Source: Nemertoderma westbladi | Taxonomy: Eukaryota; Animalia; Xenacoelomorpha | Assembly: GCA_032718475.1 (NCBI GenBank) | Contig: JAUCBJ010009124.1 | Span: forward strand, 1 to 64,000 | Reading direction: 5' to 3' | Length of the DNA stretch: 64,000 nt | Shown: positions 54,870 through 64,000 of the stretch, piece after piece | Position numbering within the stretch: the first letter of the stretch is position 1 | Layout: each line of letters begins with the position of its first letter | Position numbers and translations under genes: made by a program | Notes under the pieces: model-generated | The model's database searches: none | What the model was told of the DNA's origin: nothing | What the model saw: only the letters and a program-made list of their open reading frames with translations

Positions 54870-54960
54870 ATGATCTTACAGCATAATATATTAAGATACG
54901 ATAATAACCTATTGCATGCCTGTTGATGAAAATGGAACGATATAAGTTCCATTTAGGAAG

Positions 54961-55210
54961 GCGGGGTAGCTCAGTTGGTTGAGCGCCGGGCCTGCTATCT
55001 ATTGGTTGTTGGTTCAGCTCCGCCAGGGTCCACTCAGCCTTTCATCCACTGGGGTCGATAAAATGAGTACCAGTTAAATAACTGGGAGCAAAACTTGGGA
55101 TAGTAGTAGCGCCCACCCCTACCCTCGGGTAGCAGCTATCGAAAGAGGAGCCTTCGGGGCGCCTCCGGCTTCGGCCGACTGTTTGCTTGCTTATTTAAGT
55201 TTAAGTTTTA
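54961..55210 (+). mobile_element. tRNA-derived SINE (second family)
   Basis: Head ggcggggtagctcagttggttgagcg (A box) and ggttca; central ctcagcctttcatcc...ggtcgataaaatgagtaccag resembles a conserved animal SINE central domain (recalled, not searched); simple-repeat tail. Confidence 0.7.
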
Positions 55211-55478
55211 TATATTTAATAATACGAATACGAGAATATATAGTGGAAAAATATGGCGGAGAATGATATATGTCATAATATTTTATAAGTTTTTTAAACT
55301 ATATTTCCTACATGAGATTTCCAGTTTAGTTGCCATGGTATATAAATTTAAATGTTATTTTATTCCATATTATCAAACATTTATAAACGGAGCAAAGCAA
55401 GGTGTAAGTTATACTCTATGCAATAAATAAGTATTTTATTATTTATTATAAGTATTTATTAATTTAATATATATGTAC

Positions 55479-55685
55479 CTCTGTAAGTATTCAAAAGAGC
55501 GGCAAAGTTAGACCCATCTATATCAGCAGGGGAAGTCCATGAGTACCAGGGCACGTTGATGTGGTCTGGGTTACTAAGATCCAACGGGGACCATTTGGTT
55601 CCGTATTGGCCTTGGTCTTCGTCCTTTACTGTATATCCCGGGGCGCAATCTTTACCAAGTTCTTTCAATAACGGTTCACAAAGCC
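55479..55685 (-). CDS. PKD1-like polycystin exon (TOP domain)
   Basis: tccag|GGCTT...AGAG|gtaca; LCEPL...CAPGYTVKDED...YGTKW...W...LNTYRG. Confidence 0.87.
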
Positions 55686-55895
55686 CTGGATTTTACACAA
55701 TTAATTATAATATTGATTGTCATATAAAGCGCCTGGAATGACTCTACTGTACTCTATGTCCTACTGTAACAGTCAGTCTGACATGCCATATCAGGTTGGT
55801 GACGCTGACGCTAAGCTAATGTACCTGAAGCACCATGTTGAGCTGACCATCACAGCTACTACTGTAGATGAAGTAAGCCTACTGTGCCACAAGTA

Positions 55896-56462
55896 CGGAT
55901 CCAAGTTGGATGTTGGACGGATCCAAGTTGGATGTTGGACGGATCCAAGTGGGATGTTGGACGGATCCAAGTTGGATGTTGGACGGATCCAAGTTGGATG
56001 TTGGACGGATCCAAGTTGGATGTTGGACGGATCCAAGTTGGATGTTGGACGGATCCAAGTTGGATGTTGGACGGATCCAAGTGGGATGTTGGACGGATCC
56101 AAGTTGGATGTTGGACGGATCCAAGTTGGATGTTGGACGGATCCAAGTTGGATGTTGGACGGATCCAAGTTGGATGTTGGACGGATCCAAGTTGGATGTT
56201 GGACGGATCCAAGTTGGATGTTGGACGGATCCAAGTTGGATGTTGGACGGATCCAAGTTGGATGTTGGACGGATCCAAGTGGGATGTTGGACGGATCCAA
56301 GTTGGATGTTGGACGGATCCAAGTGGGATGTTGGACGGATCCAAGTTGGATGTTGGACGGATCCAAGTTGGATGTTGGACGGATCCAAGTGGGATGTTGG
56401 ACGGATCCAAGTTGGATGTTGGACGGATCCAAGTTGGATGTGGGACGGATCCAAGTTGGATG
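55896..56462. repeat. Intronic 22-bp minisatellite
   Basis: Unit ggatccaagttggatgttggac, ~25 copies. Confidence 0.95.
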
Positions 56463-57109
56463 TCCTTATTTCTCACGTGTGTTTGTTTGTGTGTTTGTTT
56501 TTTTGGTTGTTTGTACACACAACTTCTTGCACGTAATGTTGATGGAATTGGATGAAACTTAGATGGTTCATTATCGGACCTAGTTGTGTATGCAAGGTTT
56601 TGGGTCGCAAGGGACCTGTTGGTTGCCTAGCAACAGTGAAATGAATTCTAGAATCACCGATCATAATCGTAGAATTCACTCAATCAAAATTCTGTCGACA
56701 CCCCATAAGGAGCATCTATTGAACATGCTTTATGCAAAATTTTGCTTTATTTCGATTAGAATTGTAGAAGATACATTTCCTACAAACAGTGTTTTTTAAC
56801 ATACAGTATATATAATATATATACTATTGTGTACTTTTCCCAATGTTTCGCTTTGCGTTTTTCGTTATTAGGCTTCCTGCCCTGCATAGGCACGTAAATT
56901 ATGACAACAATATTGATAGCAATGGATCCGTCCATTATTGCCAGCTCTCGGCTGGCAGGCTTGTCTTCTTACGTACCTCTGCCCCTCACCTTACAGCCTT
57001 TACTTCTGACGTTAGTAGTGTAACTGTAGTAACGTAGTAGTAACGTGGTAGTAGTAACTGTAGTAACGTAACACTACGGTACATAAATGCCGGACAATAA
57101 GGGACCTAC

Positions 57110-57287
57110 CCGGTTTCACTCTTATCTGTCGAACCATCGGCATGCCAACCATGAGATTAGCCTTGTCCCCCAAGTAGCCACGTAGACCCATGGGTTTCGG
57201 TTGTTCGCGAGGGTACCAAACATCCGCATACAGTCCTGGTATCAGCCGGTTTCTCATCCAATAGAACCATCCCTCATATGTAAAAGC
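57110..57287 (-). CDS. PKD1-like polycystin exon (start of TOP domain)
   Basis: tttag|GCTTTT...CCGG|gtagg; WFYWMRNRLIPGLY..WY...GDKANLMVGMPMVRQIRVKP. Confidence 0.9.
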
Positions 57288-57584
57288 CTAAAGGTAGAAT
57301 AAAAGTTAGTCCTACATTGTTTTACTTTAAAGGCATTACCCAAAGATAATATCTGCCTTGTACCTCTAAATGGTCGCTAAAAGAGTACCAGTTTCCTCTG
57401 GGAAGTAGTGTTTTGGTGATGATCGAACTGGGCATGACAAGATTGGCCTTCACTATGGTGCAATGTCGGTAGTCTCAGAAACAAGGCCGCCCCTAATCAC
57501 TGTCATTGGGTGAACCCCACCGAAAGGTTACAATAATACAAGCTGACTGTTTAAACCATAGCAGTAACTACTATTACGACAGTA

Positions 57585-59010
57585 CTAGGTCGAGCGAGCT
57601 CGGACGGTGGAAATTAGATCCTTCCAGGCTTCCCGATTCTCCATAGTTGTCGCAATTTCGTTTCTCCTAAGTTCAGTATCCCTTTCAAGTTAATCTATAT
57701 ATGTTATGGCCGGTCGTCCACGACTACGCTTTCCATGAGTTGGTTGCCAGAGAAGTAGATCTGGTATGACCTCGTCTTTACTTCGCCAGCAGCGCCCACT
57801 GAATCTTAATCTGCGTTCACGGAGGGTGGTTGATTCAGGTGGTATTGTACCATTAAGCTCGGCGTTTGTCATGTGTTGTCTCCAGCTGATGTTTAGGGCT
57901 GCCCTTAGTAGTCTTGTGTAGCAACCATCAATTCGTTGTTCAAGTGATTTCGTTCCTCTGTGGCTCGAAAGAACTTAGTCTCAATGTTCCTGGTGCATCT
58001 GCTAAGATATTAGAGAGCAGGGCGATGTCATCCGCAAAGTCGGTGTCTGTGACTGTAATTGCCGGATATCTACTTACTACTTCTGCGTTCTTGAGGTGTA
58101 AATCACAGATCTTCACCCTTTGTGGCCGTCCTCATCGCGTAATCCAATACAATTACAAATAGTAATGGTGCTAATGTGTCACCTTGCAATACGCCATCCA
58201 GGATTGAGAAATACTCAGTTTCACCATCTGGTGAGAGTACCTGAGTTTCTGTGTCAAAATATAACAACCCAATGCCAGTGACAGTTACTTCTGGTATTCC
58301 ATAAGCTCTTAGGATTTCAAGCATTTTACCTCTATGGATGGAGTCGAATGCCTTCTTGAAGCCCATAAAAGTCATGACTGCAGTGAGATTCTTTGACTTA
58401 ATTCCTTCAATCAGTCTCCGTAGTGCAAGTATCTGAGCTATTGTTGATCTACTTGGTCGAAATCCGTTTTGGCTCTTACGCAGTAGTTTCTCTATGTGAG
58501 GCCTAATGCTATATAGAATCATTTTATTGTATATTTTGGCAGCTACCACAAGCAGACAGATCCGGCAATAGTTTGTTGGTATACCGAAGTCTCCTTTCTT
58601 TTTGGGGAGAGGCTAGGCTTACTTTTAGTTCAAATATTTGATCCGACTTTTAGTCCAAATTGGTGATGGCTTTTTCCCCTTTCAGCATCCGGTTGCAAAC
58701 ATCCAATAATTGTCTGTTTAGCACTCCTGTTTTCCATACCTCTGCAGGAATTTCATCTAATCAACTCGCTTTATGATTGTACAGTACATGCTTTTATTTA
58801 ATGATTCTTTGGAGTTCGGCTGGTGTGAAGTCCCCTGTTTCTATAGGTGGTGTCTTGTCTTGTAATTGCTTCAATTTTATCCTGTATGTACTTTTCCTGG
58901 CTGATGTTGTAGGCCAATTTAAGATCTTCCTTAGCTTTCTCAACCTTGTTAATGTTTTCTGGTATTTGTTGTTAGAAGAAATATCTTTCGGGTGTTACAA
59001 GTAATCTCAG
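57585..59010 (-). mobile_element. Degraded non-LTR retrotransposon (RTE-like LINE), reverse transcriptase fragment
   Basis: QNGFRPSRST, FKKAFDSI, GVLQGDTLAPLLF, DFADDIAL, LRFSGRCWR, and LLWQPTHGKRSRGRP; frameshifts and an internal deletion. Confidence 0.9.
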
Positions 59011-59025
59011 AGTTCATACAGATGT

Positions 59026-59853
59026 ACTACTACTAGGATCGGCATGCTGCATTGCAGCTGCATTTTTAAGAATGCTGTGCCGGCTTATCGACAAAATTGC
59101 ACCGCCACAACTCCCTATCACCCATGACATTTGCTAGATCATCCGCATCTTCAAGGCCAGTGTCCTTTAAGATGCGTCTCAAGAAAGTCATGGGCTGTCC
59201 ACCATGCTTATTCACTCCATGAGGCTGCCAAAGTACAAGATTATGCACTGGTTGGTCCTCACGGCGAAAGCAATGTCCTGCAAAGCGGAGGCGATTTTGT
59301 TCTAGTGTCAAGCTTGGGGGAACCAATGAGACACCTACAATGTTATATAGTGTCTGGTTGGAGATATGTGCATTGTACTTGACACAATGAACCCGGCGTA
59401 GCATTCTTGGGAATGTGCCATCCAGAGATTTGGTGTCCTCAGTAGTTAGAGCCCAGCATGGACTCCCATAGAGGAGTACTGGAACTACTGCTGCTCTAAA
59501 TAATCGGACCTTAAGTTTCCGATTAATTCTCGGTGACTTCCAAATTCTGGAAAGCCCATTCAAGGCTGCCCATGCCTTTCCCTTACGTATTCGAAGGTCC
59601 TCACCTGACTTCCGGATCCATGATCCCAGGTAACAGAAGTCATCCACATGCTCAAGCATACCATCTTTTGAGCTTATGCTCATCCGATCAGAGACTTGCT
59701 GAGGACTTTTAAAGTTAACTGTCAAAATTTTGGTCTTTCTGGAGTTAATAAAAAGACCAACACGTTCTAATAAGCTGAGGAGCCGTTGGGCTCCCTCTAG
59801 TGATTCTGAGAGTACTCCTAAGTCATCAGCAAAGTCTAGAGATGTGGTAAATC
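59026..59853 (-). mobile_element. 5'-truncated RTE-like LINE (different family) with TSD
   Basis: DFADDLGVL, DFCYLGSWI, VLLYGS, RLRFAGHCFR; (TAG)n tail; flanked by acagatgt at 59018-59025 and 59854-59861. Confidence 0.9.
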
Positions 59854-59908
59854 ACAGATGTGGTAAATACCCTACAGTAGTGAAGGCACTGAATGAAATA
59901 TTACGTAC

Positions 59909-60153
59909 ATGTTCAAAAGTTGTCCTGTCTATTTCACGATCAATTTTATTCTTTACAAAAGTTTCTTCGATGTGACTAAATAACTGATACCCATAAATCT
60001 CTTGGTTGAAATTGCAGATAAGAAATAGAAACATACAGAAAGTTATGTAAATTATTAATTCCCATATAATATCCCATATCTTGGCTTCGACTTGTTTTTG
60101 TTTGCGAAGTTTGTTGTGGAGAGTAGGAACCTCACGTTGAAGGATATTCTCAC
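59909..60153 (-). CDS. PKD1-like polycystin exon (TM preceding the TOP domain); gene continues upstream
   Basis: tgcag|GTGAG...CAT|gtacg; LRKQKQVEAKIWDIIWELIIYITFCMFLFLICNFNQE, a PKD1L2-like arrangement. Confidence 0.85.
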
Positions 60154-61424
60154 CTGCAAATAATTACTAATTATTAATATTCATACGAAAAATTATATTA
60201 AGAGGACCATTACCCCCGAATCGAATTTTTTTATTTTAAAGCCACTATTCTGAAATTCTAACTCAATTATCTGTGAGCCTTTTACTATGAAAACTGGGTA
60301 TGGATAGCTACGTAAACCCTTTTTTTCAAAAAATATGGCACTTTTTGTGAAGTTCGGTTTATTTAAAAAATGTTGTTTATTTTCAGGCTTTTATATATCT
60401 CATCTAGAAGGACCAGTAATACTACCGTATATACCAGTACCAGTACCAGAGATATTTAGGGAATCTTTTATGAAGCATAAAATTATTATTTTTGAATAAT
60501 TTATTGGGGCTTTAGTATATGTTCGGACGATATTTTGAGGATCATATATTTTGAGAGACAAAGAGTAACAGTTACAAAATCGGTTCTAGAACATACAACT
60601 GGCCATGCTTTACAAAACGAATACTCACGATTGTAGCCCGGAAGCTGCTGAACAATTTGTTATATGTTTAATGAAAATTGAGTAAAAAATAAAAAAAGTA
60701 GTAGGGAATTTAGTGATGAAAAAAGTCAAAATCGACAAACTGATAAAAAGGTTGTTTTATACAGAGAGGCATAAATATCAGCAATATATTATGTTGTTGA
60801 AAAGAGCAGATTTGAGGTCAAAAAATAATTCAATGTTGAAAACAGATATCACCTTTTATGAAAGCCCTTCTATCAAACTACAAAAAAATTTGTAAATTTT
60901 CGAAAATTTCATTTCTGTGAGTGTTATAGTTAAGCCCCCTTAAGGCTGACTGGCCCCTGTAGGCATTTAGCAATTTTGATCGAATCGTGGGAGTATGTTA
61001 TTTATTTGCTGTAGGTTTTGCAGGGTACTTATCTTTACAGGACTTGCTGATAAATATAACACACCAAAAGTGTGGGCTTAGTGCAAATATATAATATTTC
61101 TGATCTAGATTTGGACTTGCTGAGAAAGTAATGTTCTTCGATAAGAGAACAGTCTCGGAAATAAGTCCTTTTTGTCAGTAATTTTAATTTACCCAAATTC
61201 AATTATGCTGTCCGACAGTTTTAGGTTTTGCCAGAATTGCACCTAAAATGCCATCGTATGCAAAATGCAATACACGAGGGCAGAACATCTGGATTTCGGT
61301 TAAATTAGGGGGAGATGGTACCCCAGTACTTTTCAAAAATATGAAAATTTTCGAAATTTTTTTTTATTAATTCTAAATCAGAATTTAACGTAGATTTCAG
61401 AAATCGAAATCCTAACATCACATC

Positions 61425-62640
61425 ATAAGCTTAAGTTGTCTGTTTTTCTTTTTGTCTGTCTATTGGTCTGTTTTTCTGTTTGTCAACAAATTATGGATAT
61501 AAAAATATACACCACCTAACTAAAATAATTGCTACATGGGTTTTCGTGGTCGCGGATTTCATTTCCAGGGTCAGTTTTCAAATTTGACGTAATCTAGTTT
61601 GTCTGTCCGTCTGTCGGTCTGTCTGTCAAAAACATAACGAATCACACTACGTAAGCTTTTAAGGTCGGTGATTTCATTTCTGGTGTTATCTTTCCTGTTT
61701 GGAGGAGTCTATTATGCCTTTATATTTGTCTGTCAGTCGATCTGTCTGTACATACAGACAGACTTAAACAGACAGTCTAGGTTCATGCAATTATTAAAAA
61801 TGACATCATGGGAAATGAAATCAGCAACTAGGAAAACCCCCATATCAGAAATTATAGTAAAGTGATGTGTTTACTTATATTTTATCTGTGACACCGACAG
61901 TAAGTCAGACAGACAGACAAACAGACAGACAGACCGAAAGACAGATAGACATACAGACAGTCCAGATGTCATCAAACATTAAAACATGTATTAGAAATGA
62001 AATCATAGACTAGGAAAACCCCCATATCTGAAATTTTATTCAGGTGACATGCCTCCTTATATTTTGACTGACAGACAGACAGACAAAAAAACAGACAAAC
62101 AGACATTCTAGGTTCAGTCAAATATTAAAATTCACATCGGAAATGGAATCAGACACTAGGAAAACCCCATATCATAAATTATAGTAAAGTGATGTGCTTA
62201 CTTATTTATTGTCTGTGAGATTGACAGTCAGACAGACAGAATGACATACAGACAGGCAGTTCAGATATCATCAAACATTAAAACATATATCAGAAATAAA
62301 TTCAGCGACTACGAAAAGCCCCATATCTGAAATTTTATTCAGGTGACATGCCTCCTTATATTTTGACTGACAGACAGACAGACAAAAAAACAGACAAACA
62401 GACATTCTAGGTTCAGTCAAATATTAAAATTCACATCGGAAATGGAATCAGACACTAGGAAAACCCCATATCATAAATTATAGTAAAGTGATGTGCTTAC
62501 TTATTTATTGTCTGTGAGATTGACAGTCAGACAGACAGAATGACAGACAGACAGGCAGTTCAGATATCATCAAACATTAAAACATATATCAGAAATAAAT
62601 TCAGCGACTACGAAAACCCCTAAATCGTAAATTTTGGTTC
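61425..62640. repeat. ~150/299-bp repeats with (GACA)n microsatellites, plus inverted copies; likely inside a non-autonomous DNA transposon
   Basis: 299-bp direct repeat (caggtgacatgcc at 62041 and 62340); the motif gaaatgaaatc...aggaaaacccc is repeated and appears inverted at ~61537-61567; gtct/agac tracts. Confidence 0.65.
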
Positions 62641-64000
62641 GTAAATTTTAGTTGGTAAATTTTCGCTGGAGTAGTTTATTATATTTTGGCTTATTTTTGA
62701 AATTTCCTGCGTTTTACATAAAATTAGCGGGAAGGTTTGAAAACTTAAAATGCGTTTTTCTCAGCATCTTATTTTTCGTGAAATTTCGAAATAAATGCAC
62801 CTTTTTCTCGAGAACGGCTTGATGGAATAGGCTGAAATTTTAGTGAATTTAGTGATATTAGTGCTGGAATTTAGTGATAAAAAATTTCGAAATCTACAAA
62901 CTGAGAAGAAGATTGTTTTATACAATACGCATGTCGCATTCAGAGCTTCATGAATATCAGCCATAAATACTGTTGTTCTTGTTTACGAAAATATTATATG
63001 TATTTTGGACAGTCTCCCTGGGGTACCTACAAAATTACCTCCTCGAGGTATTTTTTTTTCAATTTTCTTATTTCATCAATGAAAATTTCAAAAATATTTG
63101 AAGAAATTAAAAAAAAATTTATAAATTTTTTTTTAACAAATTTCAAATTTTTTAATTCAAGTTTCTGTTTGGTGATGAAAAAATCACTCTCCAGTGAAAA
63201 CCGATGTCACCACATGAAAGCCCTTCTATCAGACTAAAAAAATAGATAAAACAAACTTTGTGAATATTTTCTAAATTTTCTAAAATTACCCACACAAACA
63301 TTGCGGTCACGTTAAATAATTATGATCAAATTTGACCATGGTTCATCGTGTTACATAATATATAAATAAACTATATTAATAAATTAAATAAATAGAAATA
63401 GAAAAAATTTAATGAAAAATAAACAAAATAAAAGAAAAATTATTATATACCATTCTCCAGACTACAGACAGTAGATAGTCCTATAGTGTCGTAATTCAGT
63501 GACAACCCCCCCTCACCCCCCCCCCCCCCCCCACAAAAAAATTATACAAAAAAAAATCTTATAATACTAATATTATTATATAACTAACTACTTGAAATTG
63601 TTGTGCCGTTTCTATTTACCAATCATTTAGACCAAAATAATTAAGTGTGACGGGATCCAACGGAGTTGGCAGTATGGATCCCGACCGGTGTGTGTTATAC
63701 GCGTCACCGCGTTCGTAGGCTGCTAGAAGCTGTGGTCTGGATATATATAATAGGCCGAAAGCCGTTGAAATAACTGAGTTTTTACTCTACAGATACCAAC
63801 TGAATCATAACCCACAAGTACAACGGTTATATATTATTAACATATTAATCACTGCTACTGTATTGAGTGGCCTGGCCAGTAGATGAGTTCTAATCACTTC
63901 CAATCTGTTTTCCCCTCCCATCATTGGCCAACCTGATTAATTGTCACCTCGCCACTCCCTGTTGCCACTCTCCCTACGTGTTAACCTCTGCTAGCCCCTT

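Noticed and set aside
39156-54873. 2380-5213-aa ORFs on both strands
   Set aside because: Consequence of a stop-free 42-bp (3n) unit. They overlap in three frames, span an N gap, lie in a polycystin intron, and the unit derives from a non-coding tRNA-like element.
60713-63237. Short ORFs in the AT-rich right end
   Set aside because: Low-complexity translations with no recognisable motifs or splice support; the region appears intronic and repeat-derived.
63651-63683. Hairpin cgggatcca...tggatcccg loosely similar to the 22-bp unit
   Set aside because: Match is too short to infer a relationship or function.

Overview
Animal (metazoan) genomic DNA, AT-rich, with GT-AG spliceosomal introns. It holds the 3' parts of two convergent genes. 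On the + strand is a LAR-family (PTPRF/D/S-type) receptor tyrosine phosphatase: 12 exons from 105 to 22249, encoding the TM segment plus D1 and D2 PTP domains. On the - strand is a PKD1-like polycystin: 10 exons from 60153 down to 29550, encoding the TOP and channel domains plus the C-tail. About two thirds of the window is tandem repeat, in nine separate arrays with unrelated units of 73, 24, 17, 49, 20, 63, 43, 42 and 22 bp. Eight arrays lie in introns and one is intergenic. The most striking observation is that the source of several arrays can be read from the adjacent DNA. Two are amplified exon/5'-splice-site junctions of the phosphatase, one of them about 480 copies of a splice donor over 9.7 kb. 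The 15.6-kb array is an amplified piece of a tRNA-like element, and intact copies of that element form a foldback about 1 kb away. The window also has two RTE-like LINE fragments, SINEs and several MITEs. The giant repeat ORFs in the ORF track are artefacts of the arrays.
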